From contig JACZRI010000004.1 in NCBI GenBank assembly GCA_022574775.1, positions 1 to 59,268 on the forward strand: DNA of 59,268 nucleotides, written 5' to 3'. Numbering within the stretch: the stretch's first letter is position 1; each line of letters starts with the position of its first letter. The translations under genes and the position numbers were made by a program. Origin of the DNA: Patescibacteria group bacterium (GTDB lineage: Bacteria; Patescibacteriota; Minisyncoccia; Minisyncoccales; RBG-13-36-15). Under the pieces are notes generated by a model. That model was not told the DNA's origin. It did no database searches and saw nothing but the letters and a program-made list of their open reading frames with translations. This document shows, one piece after another, positions 8,715-18,389 of the stretch.

Positions 8715-8911
8715 TTAAGAGTGTTGCTAAGCTTGACTTTGCATACTAAAATTATAAAACGAAAATTAAAAGCTTGATCTTTAATAAATTCGTTCGGTCG
8801 TTAAAAAAGTCCTCCTAATCAATAAATAGGAAGTTTTTTATTTTACATTTAAAGATGTATAATTATACAATAAGGTCGTTTAAAATAACTAATTAAATCT
8901 TTCAAGAAAAA

Positions 8912-9238
8912 ATGTACATATTAATTTTAATTGCCGGATTTGGAGGAGGAGTTTTACGGGGATTGGTTGGTTTTATCAAGCATCAATACTCCTACAAAAA
9001 TGTTCGCTTCCAGCTCCCCTATTTTTTCGTAATGATGTTCATTTCAGGAATTATTGGCCTTTTAACAGCCGCAGTTATTAAAGAACTTGGTATTAATTTC
9101 TTAGGCATAATTTCTCTCACTCCAGCTTTAGCTTTCGTCATTGGCTATGCAGGAGGAGACTTCCTGGAGAATATTTATAAAATCATCGTTAAAAAACCTT
9201 CTCTATACTCTCTTCCAAAGGATTTAAAGGTAAAATAA
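8912..9238 (+). CDS. small membrane protein
   Basis: 108-aa ORF with three hydrophobic helices. Confidence 0.45.
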   Translation: MYILILIAGFGGGVLRGLVGFIKHQYSYKNVRFQLPYFFVMMFISGIIGLLTAAVIKELGINFLGIISLTPALAFVIGYAGGDFLENIYKIIVKKPSLYSLPKDLKVK

Positions 9239-9268
9239 ATCTTGCGAGGTTTAATTTCGTAAATTTGG

Positions 9269-9532
9269 ATGAAAAGAAAAATTTATATAACAGCGTTTAC
9301 GTTTTTGGGAATATTGCTTCAGTTTCTTGCGCATGCAATAGTTGAAATTTGGTATGTCGGTTTACTTTTGCAGGATTTTCAAAAATACAGCTTTGGCTTT
9401 TCCTGGAATCAGTGGTTTTTTATACACCATATAGGAACAGTTGTCCTTTTTGTTGCGGGGACTTTGTTTGGTTTTTGGCAAGGAAAATTCTGGTGGCGCA
9501 TAATTTATGAAGAGAGGAAATTTCGTACTTAG
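9269..9532 (+). CDS. small membrane protein
   Basis: 87-aa ORF with Trp-rich hydrophobic helices. Confidence 0.45.
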   Translation: MKRKIYITAFTFLGILLQFLAHAIVEIWYVGLLLQDFQKYSFGFSWNQWFFIHHIGTVVLFVAGTLFGFWQGKFWWRIIYEERKFRT

Positions 9533-9554
9533 ACTATGCTGACAAAATAAAAAA

Positions 9555-9582
9555 TTGACAATTTCCTTTGCTGGAATATACT
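9555..9582 (+). promoter_or_regulatory. sigma70-type promoter
   Basis: TTGACA (9555-9560), 16-nt spacer, TATACT (9577-9582). The downstream gene has AAGGAGGTG as its SD. Confidence 0.55.
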
Positions 9583-9637
9583 AATAACACACAGCACTTT
9601 TACAACAAGCCAGACTTATTACAAGGAGGTGAGCCAG

Positions 9638-10294
9638 ATGACCGATATAGAAGAGATTTTAAGGCGTATCGCCGAATGCATGGAGAGAGAAGACCATCAG
9701 GAAGATTGGTTTCGGGCTTTGCTTGCCTTGACTGAGATCGGGGATATTGCGAAGTATATAACTCATGATCCAACGCTGAATCCTGGTGCTCGTCCTCATG
9801 GCATTCCTGCAGAAGAAGAACTTGCGTGGGGTCAAGTTTTCGTTCAAATATTTGCCACTGCGATGCAGCGCAATATAGATATTCACAGGGCACTAGAAGT
9901 TGGTTTAGTCAACTGGGAACAAGCTGATTGGCGCAAACGCCGAACTGAAAATGGAAAAAGAGAAATTGAAGGTGAGATTGCATACAAAGGATTGGCTGAA
10001 GGTAAAGCTTATGTTGTTTCTGAGGAGCATCCGTTTTCCGAACTCGAGCAAGGATGCGTTTTAGTAATAGAATTTTTTACACCGAAAAAGACTTCATATT
10101 TAGTAGCCAAAAAACCAATTGCTATTGTAACAGACCAAGGAGGTACTCTTTCGCATCCTGCGATTATCGCAAGAGAATTTCAAATACCTTGTATCGTTGG
10201 TACTGGAAATGCTACTGACATAATTAAGCACGGCGAGCAGATTATCGTAAATGCAAGCGGTAAAGATAAAGGATTTGTAAGAAAAAACACATAG
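9638..10294 (+). CDS. fusion of MazG-like NTP pyrophosphohydrolase domain and PEP-utilising 'swivel' phosphohistidine domain
   Basis: N-terminal half: ..LTEIGDIAKY..EEELAWGQVFVQIF.. (MazG-like acidic helices). C-terminal half: ..IAIVTDQGGTLSHPAIIAREFQIPCIVGTG.. (PEP-utilizer mobile domain with its His). Start set at the ATG 7 nt after the SD. Confidence 0.6.
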   Translation: MTDIEEILRRIAECMEREDHQEDWFRALLALTEIGDIAKYITHDPTLNPGARPHGIPAEEELAWGQVFVQIFATAMQRNIDIHRALEVGLVNWEQADWRKRRTENGKREIEGEIAYKGLAEGKAYVVSEEHPFSELEQGCVLVIEFFTPKKTSYLVAKKPIAIVTDQGGTLSHPAIIAREFQIPCIVGTGNATDIIKHGEQIIVNASGKDKGFVRKNT

Positions 10295-10306
10295 TTTATA
10301 AAGCAG

Positions 10307-10336
10307 TAAAAGATTGACAATCGTCAATCTTTTTTC
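10307..10336 (+). terminator. intrinsic terminator
   Basis: AGATTGAC-aatc-GTCAATCT hairpin followed by T6. Confidence 0.7.
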
Positions 10337-10396
10337 TTGCCAAATTCTTTGCTTGTGTTAAATTAAAAGCAGAACCTTTACAAGAAAGGAGGAGAA

Positions 10397-11818
10397 ATGA
10401 AGACTAAAAGAATCGATCTCTTTAACGGACAAAGTTTTATCGAATTAGTTGATTTTGCAGCAATGGGAAATAAAGGAGAACACCTTGGAGATTGGGCCGT
10501 AGTAGATGGAGCAAGGGTTTCTTTCGGAAGAGAATCATCTGAATTTTCCTTTGAGAAAAACAGAGAGTTAGCTGGATACCTTTGGGATGCTTCCGACGCT
10601 TCGCCATTTGACCAGTTTATCATGCAATTCAGGGTCAGAATACCTATTCATATTGCTCTGGAATGGTTCTTATTTCCTCACGCTTCCTATAATGAAATTT
10701 CTGGCAGGTATACAAAAGCAATATCGGAAACTGAGCGTTGTTTTGTTCCGCCAGACTTTTCAGTAGATCTTGCAGAACTTCTCCGTTCAGATTTTGAACA
10801 AGGTCAGCAAATGTACAAAAGGTTTTATAGTCCGCGTAAGTTTGAGGCTGGAGAAAAGCAAGTTGCAAAAGAGTTAGCGCGGGCTGTCCTTCTCTTTACC
10901 TTTTCAACAGAATTTATTTTCACAATAAGCCTGCGAAAACTTGCCCATTTTATGATGTTTTTTGGAGCAAATTCTGTCTTTCAGCCAATTAACGAAGTAT
11001 TTCTGAATTTCATTCAGAACCACGCGCCTATATTCTCAGAAATATTTGAACCTCAATGGAGCGCAGTAACTAAAGAGAAATCTTTAAAGAAAGAAGCATC
11101 TGAAATTCCGTTTGCTGACGATGAAACAGGGATTCTTGATGATGAATTTTCTGCTCTTAAGTTAATGAAAGCTAGAGGGTCAGATGAAGAGCTTGCCCAC
11201 ACCTTACGCTTTTCCCGCGGATGCAGTGGGGGAAATGCAGAGGTAATAAAAAGTGTATTGCGAGGGTGCAAGAAAGATGATTTACCTCCTGAACTTTCTG
11301 AAATCGGACTTAGTTTGGCTATTCGCTGCCCGGTATATATTTTTCGGCAGATGTACCGCCATAAAAGAGCTATGTGGTATGGGCTTCAGATAATTCCTGA
11401 CCATTTCTATATACCTCAGCAATGGAGAGCCCAAACAAAAGGATCGAGATATGTTTTTGAACCATTCGGTGAAAAAGAGAACACCGAATTAACTGAAGTT
11501 TTTAGCGAATATATCGAGGAACGAAGGGACCGTTGCGCAGAACTTTTACTGGATGGAGTATCTATCGAGCAAACTGAGAGATTTACGCCCTACTGCTTTT
11601 ATATTCAGGTTTTGCGTAATTCAGATGGAATAGAGCTTTTTAATTTTCTTAACCTGCGCTGTGATTGGCATGCGCAGCTTGAGCACCAAAGATATGCTCT
11701 CAGAGTTGCTGAAATCTTTGCCGAGCGTTTTCCTCTTACCTTTATCAGCTGGTATGAAGAGTATTGGTCAGGCCAAAACGAAAAAGTTGATGAACTTTAT
11801 CAGCGAACAAAATCGTAG
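10397..11818 (+). CDS. tandem-duplicated (pseudo-dimeric) flavin-dependent thymidylate synthase ThyX-like protein
   Basis: Two ThyX-like halves. The N-half has FIELVD..ARVSF.. and ..EWFLFPHASYNEISGRY (RHR replaced by FPH, S..R.Y kept). The C-half has ..FRQMYRHKRAMWYGLQ (RH kept, S..R.Y lost) and LNLRCDWHAQLEHQRYAL (the ThyX C-terminal motif). Confidence 0.7.
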   Translation: MKTKRIDLFNGQSFIELVDFAAMGNKGEHLGDWAVVDGARVSFGRESSEFSFEKNRELAGYLWDASDASPFDQFIMQFRVRIPIHIALEWFLFPHASYNEISGRYTKAISETERCFVPPDFSVDLAELLRSDFEQGQQMYKRFYSPRKFEAGEKQVAKELARAVLLFTFSTEFIFTISLRKLAHFMMFFGANSVFQPINEVFLNFIQNHAPIFSEIFEPQWSAVTKEKSLKKEASEIPFADDETGILDDEFSALKLMKARGSDEELAHTLRFSRGCSGGNAEVIKSVLRGCKKDDLPPELSEIGLSLAIRCPVYIFRQMYRHKRAMWYGLQIIPDHFYIPQQWRAQTKGSRYVFEPFGEKENTELTEVFSEYIEERRDRCAELLLDGVSIEQTERFTPYCFYIQVLRNSDGIELFNFLNLRCDWHAQLEHQRYALRVAEIFAERFPLTFISWYEEYWSGQNEKVDELYQRTKS

Positions 11819-11837
11819 GTTTGATAAATGTTAATTT

Positions 11838-11865
11838 AAAAGGTCCTTTTTGGACCTTTTTATTT
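11838..11865 (+). terminator. intrinsic terminator
   Basis: AAAGGTCC-ttttt-GGACCTTT followed by TTATTT. Confidence 0.7.
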
Positions 11866-12068
11866 CTTGAGTCTTTTTATAAAAAATCAAGCCTGACTCA
11901 GGACAATGGTTATAAAGACTTGATTTTTTCTAGGATTTTATTACAATCAATAAATATGAATAAATTTGATATATTAACCGTTTTTATTTTTGTCGGCTTT
12001 ATTGTTTGGTATTTAAGCAATAATGTTGAGATAATACTTCCCTTAAAGGTATTGATAGTTAACTGAAT

Positions 12069-12278
12069 ATGGTAACAACTAGCCTTGTTTCTCCTACTAT
12101 CCAAACTGAGGCTGAAAAAATAGTTCAAGAACAACTCCAGAGGCAATTCCAGGAAATGATTCCGGCCGATTCTATCCCGCAGCTTTTAAATTTATTGAGC
12201 TGGTCAATTTTGACAGGAATTTTCATATTTGGAGGAGCTCAGATTTCAGGTCTAGGAATTAGACTGTTAAAAAAATAA
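12069..12278 (+). CDS. small hypothetical protein with C-terminal TM helix
   Basis: 69-aa ORF, no motif. Confidence 0.3.
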   Translation: MVTTSLVSPTIQTEAEKIVQEQLQRQFQEMIPADSIPQLLNLLSWSILTGIFIFGGAQISGLGIRLLKK

Positions 12279-12287
12279 TCGTTTTCT

Positions 12288-12503
12288 ATGAAAAAAGACA
12301 TACATCCAAAATATTTTCCGGAAGCTAGGATCATTTGCGCTTGTGGGAATACGTTTACTGTTGGCTCGACAAAAGACTCTATTAAGGTTGAAATTTGTTC
12401 AAAGTGCCACCCTTTTTATACTGGAAAGGAAAAGCTTGTAGATACAATGGGGAGAGTGGAAAAATTCAGAAAGAGATTAGCAAGGAAAGCAAAGCGACAC
12501 TAA
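12288..12503 (+). CDS. rpmE: 50S ribosomal protein L31
   Basis: MKKDIHPKY.., Cx[12 protein letters not shown].., the canonical L31 sequence. Confidence 0.9.
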   Translation: MKKDIHPKYFPEARIICACGNTFTVGSTKDSIKVEICSKCHPFYTGKEKLVDTMGRVEKFRKRLARKAKRH

Positions 12504-12580
12504 TCACAGATTGCGTTTGAGTTTACTAATAATTTATTAGTATGCATTCATATGCATTCTTGTGTTGGCATCGCATCGAG

Positions 12581-13696
12581 ATGACAGATCTAGAGGAAAT
12601 TAAAAAGGAATATAAATTAATTATTCCAAAGCTCAGTGATCCTGAGCTAATTTCAAATCGGAAAAAATTTGAAGCCATGACTAAAAGAAAATTTTTTCTG
12701 GAGAATATTATTAAAAAAAATGAAGAAATAAAAAACCTGAAGAGTCAAATTGAAGAAAATAAGGCAATATTAAACGCCAAAGAAGACTCTTTGTTGGTGA
12801 TACTGGCAAAAGAGGATATCTTGCTGCTAAAAACGAAAGAGGAAATTTTAGGGAAGGAATTAGAAAATCTAATAAAAAAGGAGGAAGATACAAATTCAGA
12901 GTTCAAGGCCACTATGGAGAACGTTGCTATATCTTCGCCAAATGCTATGGAGGGCGCAGCAGCAGTAATTGTTGAAATTCGAGCTGGTACAGGAGGAGAA
13001 GAAGCCGCGCTTTTTGCTAGGGATTTATTCAGGATGTATACAAAATATGCCCAAACTCAAGGTTGGAGGCAAAAAACCTTAGATTCAAGAGAGAGTTCTT
13101 TGTCTGGTTTAAAAACAGTTACTTTTGAATTGTCTGATAGTAATGTTTTTTCAAAAATGAAGTATGAAGGCGGAGTACATCGGATCCAAAGAATTCCTAC
13201 GACCGAAAAAAGCGGGAGAATTCATACTTCAACCGCCACCGTTGCTGTTTTACCTAAACCAAAGAAAGCGAAAATTAAAATAAAACCGGAAGAAATAAGA
13301 GTTGACCTTTACCGAGCTTCGGGGCCCGGCGGGCAATATGTAAATAAAAGGGAAACGGCAGTAAGGCTTACCCATTTGCCCTCAAACATTGTAGTTACAT
13401 CTCAAACAGAAAGGAACCAGCTGAAAAACAAAGAAAATGCCCTTGCGATTTTAGAGGCTAAGCTTTTGGAAAAAGCGGAACGGGAGATTGCGGAAAAAGC
13501 CAGCGGGAAGAGACGATCGCAAATTGGCTGGGCAAAGAGGGCAGAAAAAATTAGAACCTATAATTTTCCTCAAGATAGATTGACAGACCACCGAATTAAA
13601 AAATCCTGGAAAAATTTAGATAAGATTTTAGCTGGCAGCTTAGATAGAATAATTAAGACACTTGAACAATCGCTTAACAAGAATCAGGAAGAATAA
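12581..13696 (+). CDS. prfA: peptide chain release factor 1
   Basis: GGQ motif ([10 protein letters not shown]) and a PxT-type codon-recognition tripeptide ([18 protein letters not shown]), as in RF1. Start placed at MTDLEEIKK (ATG 12581). Confidence 0.85.
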   Translation: MTDLEEIKKEYKLIIPKLSDPELISNRKKFEAMTKRKFFLENIIKKNEEIKNLKSQIEENKAILNAKEDSLLVILAKEDILLLKTKEEILGKELENLIKKEEDTNSEFKATMENVAISSPNAMEGAAAVIVEIRAGTGGEEAALFARDLFRMYTKYAQTQGWRQKTLDSRESSLSGLKTVTFELSDSNVFSKMKYEGGVHRIQRIPTTEKSGRIHTSTATVAVLPKPKKAKIKIKPEEIRVDLYRASGPGGQYVNKRETAVRLTHLPSNIVVTSQTERNQLKNKENALAILEAKLLEKAEREIAEKASGKRRSQIGWAKRAEKIRTYNFPQDRLTDHRIKKSWKNLDKILAGSLDRIIKTLEQSLNKNQEE

Positions 13697-13735
13697 GCCC
13701 TACGTTTTAGCAATTAGGTTGTCGAGCGCCTATTT

Positions 13736-15067
13736 TCATTTAAGAGCGTTAATATCTTTTTGATAATTAGCAGCTAAAGCTAAAACAGAGTCTCCGTAAA
13801 ATCTGTATCTTATATTGGTGCTGCCGGAAAAGTAAATCATAGCTGCTTTCCACTCGCTATTTGGATTTTGCGTGGCGGCTCCATAATCTTTTAAGTATAA
13901 TGCCGATGCCAAGAAAGCGTCTCTAATATTCCATGGATCACCTGCTTTTCCGGTTATACGCTCCAATTCGTTTTTGTATATTATCCAAGTAGAAGGGATG
14001 AATTGGGCAGGGCCCATTGCACCTCCCCATCCAAAAGACATTGGACAAGAAACAGGGGTGTTATATGGATCCCTGCCCAAGGCCTGTGTAATTTTTAAAA
14101 AGGGAGTTATATCACGTGAAGGTTTCATTACTCGAGATAATAATTTCCCGCTTTTAATACCTACTCCCTCACCGGTCTTTGGATTTTTTAAATAACATTG
14201 TCCAACATTTCTTCCTATATTTGATTCTTGAGTTAAGATAGCGAGTAAAAGAGCTGGCCTTACTCCGGTAATATTTTCTACGTATTTTGCAATTTCTAAG
14301 GCCTCCCCAAAATTTGGAGCTTTGGGCACACCGATTAATTCAAAGATTCTTGCTCTAATCTCAGCTGCTTTTCTTTGGCTCTTTTGAAGATAATTTTGAT
14401 AGAGAGCCTCTTCGCCTTTGGTTCTTTCTAATAGCTCGTTTTTTATTTCTTTCGTTGTATCAGTATCTCTTTTTTGTAGGATTTGTATCTTGCGAATTCT
14501 TGCAAGATCTTCCTTTTCTGTATCTAAATCCACTTCTTGAGTTTCAAGTTGAGATCTCAGCTGTTTAATATTTTGAAGCAGCTGGAATGAGCTTTCGCTT
14601 AGATTCTCAAGGTAGACTAAATTTTCAAAGAAATCAGAAAGTTTATCTTCGGAGAGCAATATTTCTAAAAGAGTTTTTTCATCTTCTTCGTAGATTATTC
14701 TTAAAATGGCTGAAAGTTGTTCTTTAGAATCCCCGATTTTAAAAGATGTGGTTGTAATAGAATATTTTGTGTCTTGAATCTGAAGAGTTACATCCTGGAT
14801 CATTATACTTGATTCTTGAATCTGGAGGTTTAATTTCTCAATACTACTTCTTAGAATATAAATTTGGTTCTGCAGAGTTTTCTTTTCTTGTCGAGTTTTA
14901 GAAATACCATATTCATATTGTGCAATCTCTTTCTCTAATTTTTTTAACTCAGTTTCCAGTGTTTGCCTTTCTTCCTGAGGAGTTAAGGCAAAGGTAAAAT
15001 TGGGCATAGAGAACACAAAGATCAATAAAATACAGAGAGAAATTTTAATAAGCTTTTGATAAACCAT
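13736..15067 (-). CDS. secreted coiled-coil protein with C-terminal lytic transglycosylase-like domain
   Basis: Signal-like MVYQKLIKISLCILLIFVFS, a long coiled coil, then a C-terminal ..LLAILTQESNIGRNVGQCY..GPAQFIPSTW.. (SLT/MltB-like, catalytic E). Start moved to ATG 15067. Confidence 0.6.
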   Translation of the reverse strand: MVYQKLIKISLCILLIFVFSMPNFTFALTPQEERQTLETELKKLEKEIAQYEYGISKTRQEKKTLQNQIYILRSSIEKLNLQIQESSIMIQDVTLQIQDTKYSITTTSFKIGDSKEQLSAILRIIYEEDEKTLLEILLSEDKLSDFFENLVYLENLSESSFQLLQNIKQLRSQLETQEVDLDTEKEDLARIRKIQILQKRDTDTTKEIKNELLERTKGEEALYQNYLQKSQRKAAEIRARIFELIGVPKAPNFGEALEIAKYVENITGVRPALLLAILTQESNIGRNVGQCYLKNPKTGEGVGIKSGKLLSRVMKPSRDITPFLKITQALGRDPYNTPVSCPMSFGWGGAMGPAQFIPSTWIIYKNELERITGKAGDPWNIRDAFLASALYLKDYGAATQNPNSEWKAAMIYFSGSTNIRYRFYGDSVLALAANYQKDINALK

Positions 15068-15167
15068 CTTATAATTTGCCGCGCTATGGGTTATAGCAGG
15101 CGGGTATCTTGTAGTTTTTATCTCGGGAATTAAAAATCCCAAACTAGCAGCTATAAACTACTGTTTA

Positions 15168-15854
15168 TTAATCATTTTTTTTAGTTTCTTCTTTTTTTTC
15201 TTCTTTTTCTTCCAGCCCTCGGCTAAGCTCTCTTTCGGCGGCTACCTTCTCTACTTCATCTACTTTTTCTTCGATTGGTTTTTCTAACTCCTCTTCAACT
15301 TTTTCAGGAGGTGAAACGTTAGCCACAATTTCTTTCGGGTCTTTTAAAATTTTTATTCCTTCTGGTAACTTCAAATCTTTAATTAAAATATGGTCTTCAA
15401 AGGTTTTTAACTTAGATATATCAACTTTAATTTCCTTTGGTAAATGTTGAGGTAAGGATTTCACTTCTAGCTCAGAGATATCTTTTACTAATGTTCCACC
15501 CAGTTCTTTTACAGCGAGCGCTATTCCTTCAAAAATTAAAGGAACCTTAACATCAACCTCTTTGCTTAATGGAACTTGGTAAAAATCAACATGGATTATT
15601 TTATCAGAAAGAGGGTCTTGTTGGATATCGTGGATTAGTACTGATGACTTTTCTTTTTTATTCTCAACTTCAAGAGAAATCAGAGAGCTTTCACCGGATT
15701 CTTTATAGATTTTTTCAAATTCTTTATAATCCAATTCTAAAGACAAAGCCTCAATTTTGGGACCATATACCACAGCAGGTAAAAGACCTTTTTCTCTAAG
15801 GGTTTTTGTTTTTTTACCAGAAGTTTTGCGAATTTTGGCAGATAACGTTAACAT
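15168..15854 (-). CDS. rplY: 50S ribosomal protein L25 / general stress protein Ctc
   Basis: MLTLSAKIRK..GLLPAVVYG.., followed by an acidic/Lys-rich tail. Start at ATG 15854, 4 nt after the upstream stop. Confidence 0.85.
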   Translation of the reverse strand: MLTLSAKIRKTSGKKTKTLREKGLLPAVVYGPKIEALSLELDYKEFEKIYKESGESSLISLEVENKKEKSSVLIHDIQQDPLSDKIIHVDFYQVPLSKEVDVKVPLIFEGIALAVKELGGTLVKDISELEVKSLPQHLPKEIKVDISKLKTFEDHILIKDLKLPEGIKILKDPKEIVANVSPPEKVEEELEKPIEEKVDEVEKVAAERELSRGLEEKEEKKEETKKND

Positions 15855-15858
15855 ATTT

Positions 15859-16308
15859 TTACCTAATAAGGAATTCGTCTGAATAGAAGAATTTATCCTT
15901 TCTAAAAGTTTGCTGTAGAACACAGCCAATACAAGCAGGAACAGCTATTCGGTGAATGCCTTTCTTCAGGTCCATCTTATGCAATACGAGTTCAAAGAAT
16001 TTACTCTCGCCAGATTTAATACAAGTTTCGTTTATATCTGGATAAGGGCAGAAACCATAATGGTAAGATTTGAGAGATCCATTGTCACTCTCTAGATAAT
16101 AAGGATAGCAGGAAGAAAGGCAAACAGTTTTTGTTGCATCGTTTTTAATTTCTATTTTTGGATTTTCTCCTATCTGATATTCTTTCTTATAAACTGACAG
16201 GGAAAGCTCATTTCTACTTGATATCTGATAACCTTTCCAGGCAAGAAAGGCAAATACTAAAAGAATAAGCAGGGTTACCAAAATAATAAAAATTAAGATT
16301 CTGTTCAT
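15859..16308 (-). CDS. TM-anchored Cys-rich hypothetical protein
   Basis: 149-aa ORF with an N-terminal TM helix and 8 Cys. No known motif. Confidence 0.45.
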   Translation of the reverse strand: MNRILIFIILVTLLILLVFAFLAWKGYQISSRNELSLSVYKKEYQIGENPKIEIKNDATKTVCLSSCYPYYLESDNGSLKSYHYGFCPYPDINETCIKSGESKFFELVLHKMDLKKGIHRIAVPACIGCVLQQTFRKDKFFYSDEFLIR

Positions 16309-16432
16309 TTTTTCACTTTGCTGTGGTGAATCTTTTCTTCAATTTTTCTAACATTTCTACTTTAATGTTAGCATAATTTAATTTTCAATAAAAGAGTTTA
16401 TTATCGCTCTTTCGCAGTATTTTTTGGTTCAA

Positions 16433-17386
16433 TTAACGATTTCCAACCAAGACATCTTTCACTTTTTTGGTGATTTCTAAAGCTTCCTTGAATGGACGTT
16501 GCCACATATTACGCCCGAAAATTACCCCATCCACTCCCGCCTTAACGGCAAGATCAACTTTATCTAACATATCTTTGTCTCCCAACTTACTTCCACCAGA
16601 TATCAATACTCCTGTCGATCCAGCATTGATAATAGCCCAGGTAAGTTGTTCTTCAACACTAAGCTCAAGGAGTTCATTATATTTTTTAAATTGTCCTTCC
16701 TCATTATATTTTCCAGCTTCCACGGGTTTGGGAATATTAATCTTACAGATATCAGCTCCTAATTCATGAGCTAATCTGGTGGCATAAGCTACAAAAGCTA
16801 TAGTGTCTTTACCACCTTTTTCGTTAGCAAATTTACCTCGGGGATAAGCCCACATAATAATTGGTAATCCAGCCGTTTCCGCCTTAAGACGAACTCCTAG
16901 GAATTGCAAAACATCCTCATATTGTTTTGGAGAACCAACATAGAGAGTGTAACCTACTGCATCTGCTCCTAATTTTAAAGCGTCTTCAACGGTGCCCGTT
17001 AATGGAGAAATGGCTTCTTCGTCAGAAGGGATATTGGTTTTCCCGTTGATTTTTAAAATCAGTGGTACTGTTCTGCGATATTGTTTTTTTTGCCAATATT
17101 TTTCAGCAAGACCAATATGCATAGCAATTGCAGAATACTTGCCTTCTTTAGCTAACTCAAGTTGGTATTCTGGATTTGAAGCCCACGGAGAATCTAAGAA
17201 GTCTCCGGGTCCATGCTCTATTCCGTGGTCAATGGGAAGAAAGAGAAATTTTTCTTTCATTCTTCCAGCATTAAACATTCGCTGGAGATGATTCCGCTTT
17301 TTGGCGTTTATATGGGGGTTATTAAGAGAAAATTTGTGAATCCGGCCTTTTTTGAGAAATTCTCTGATATTTTCTAACCTAGACAT
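16433..17386 (-). CDS. class I fructose-bisphosphate aldolase (DhnA/archaeal type)
   Basis: ..FLPIDHGIEHGP.., ..PLILKINGKT.., ..GVDGVIFGRN.., the pattern of the DhnA-family TIM-barrel aldolase. Confidence 0.8.
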   Translation of the reverse strand: MSRLENIREFLKKGRIHKFSLNNPHINAKKRNHLQRMFNAGRMKEKFLFLPIDHGIEHGPGDFLDSPWASNPEYQLELAKEGKYSAIAMHIGLAEKYWQKKQYRRTVPLILKINGKTNIPSDEEAISPLTGTVEDALKLGADAVGYTLYVGSPKQYEDVLQFLGVRLKAETAGLPIIMWAYPRGKFANEKGGKDTIAFVAYATRLAHELGADICKINIPKPVEAGKYNEEGQFKKYNELLELSVEEQLTWAIINAGSTGVLISGGSKLGDKDMLDKVDLAVKAGVDGVIFGRNMWQRPFKEALEITKKVKDVLVGNR

Positions 17387-17411
17387 AATATATTTTTTCT
17401 TGAAATAGTAA

Positions 17412-18308
17412 TTATTTTAATGATAATTTTTCTTTAATTTTTAAAACTACCTCTTTTGATCCAATATACACCGGCGTCCTTTGGTCGACCTTAGTAGGTA
17501 TAATATCCAAAATTCGACTTTTGCCATCAATCGCAGCTCCGCCTGCTTTCTCGGCAATAAAAGCCATTGGCCCTACCTCAAAGAGCACCCGAAGTTTACC
17601 ATAAGGTTTATCAGTCAGGGCAGGATAAGTAAAAACTCCACCATAATTCAATATTTGATGAAAGTCAGGAGTAAACGAACCACTGTAACGAAGCTTAAAA
17701 CCATTTTCTTGTAAAGTGCGAATGACATCGCGATGAGCGTCTGTCCATTTATTCTTTAAACCCCCAGGAGAATATATCTTGCCTTCTGGGAGAATTATAC
17801 CTTCTTTCACTAAATCAAAAATACCTTCCTTATTGTAAAGAAATTCAGCTACCTCGTTTTTGCCAGCAAAAACCATTACTGTCAGAGGTCCTAATAAAAT
17901 ATAAAAAGCCTGAGTAATATTTTTAAGCCCACTCATAACTTCCCCGTTCTTGTAAATAGAGATAATGATTCCTACTGTAAGATTGGTAGGGATGAGTGAC
18001 GACCCATCAAGAGGATCCATAGTGACTCCGAAGTGGCCCTTTTTAGAATTTAGATGAATTACTTCGTTTTCTTCTTCACTGGCCACTTGTTTTACTAAAT
18101 TTGAATTTCGGAAAGCTTCAAGTAATATTTCGTTAGCGCGTTTATCGAGTTTAATTTGTTCTTCTCCATAGATATTGTAGGTACCGGCTTTCTCCTCACC
18201 CCCTAAAAACTCATCTTTAATAGGCTGAACCTGGGCAGTAATAACCTGGATTAAATCACGCAGATCCTGCGAATAACCATTTTTTTCTAAATAACTGTCT
18301 AAAGTCAT
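17412..18308 (-). CDS. fbp: fructose-1,6-bisphosphatase class 1
   Basis: DPLDGSS metal motif, ..GKLRVLFE.., ..AFIAEKAGGAA.. Confidence 0.85.
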   Translation of the reverse strand: MTLDSYLEKNGYSQDLRDLIQVITAQVQPIKDEFLGGEEKAGTYNIYGEEQIKLDKRANEILLEAFRNSNLVKQVASEEENEVIHLNSKKGHFGVTMDPLDGSSLIPTNLTVGIIISIYKNGEVMSGLKNITQAFYILLGPLTVMVFAGKNEVAEFLYNKEGIFDLVKEGIILPEGKIYSPGGLKNKWTDAHRDVIRTLQENGFKLRYSGSFTPDFHQILNYGGVFTYPALTDKPYGKLRVLFEVGPMAFIAEKAGGAAIDGKSRILDIIPTKVDQRTPVYIGSKEVVLKIKEKLSLK

Positions 18309-18349
18309 AAAATATCGTTAAAAATATTTAAATATTGAAATCTAATATA

Positions 18350-18385
18350 AATTTAAATCTTAACGGGAACAGTTCCCGTTTTGTT
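18350..18385 (-). terminator. palindromic terminator of the CGGGAAC-N-GTTCCCG family
   Basis: AACGGGAACnGTTCCCGTT at 18362-18380, directly after the ppsA stop, followed by a U-rich run on the minus strand. Confidence 0.55.
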
Positions 18386-18389
18386 ATGT

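Noticed and set aside
11821-12066. 81-aa ORF starting at TTG 11821
   Set aside because: Its first ~15 codons are the terminator hairpin of the ThyX-like gene. At most a short internal hydrophobic ORF (from ATG 11955) could be real, and there is no support for it.
13697-13735. dif/terminus site at the convergent strand switch (prfA versus lytic transglycosylase)
   Set aside because: The 39-nt spacer shows no resemblance to the 28-bp XerCD dif consensus and no palindrome.
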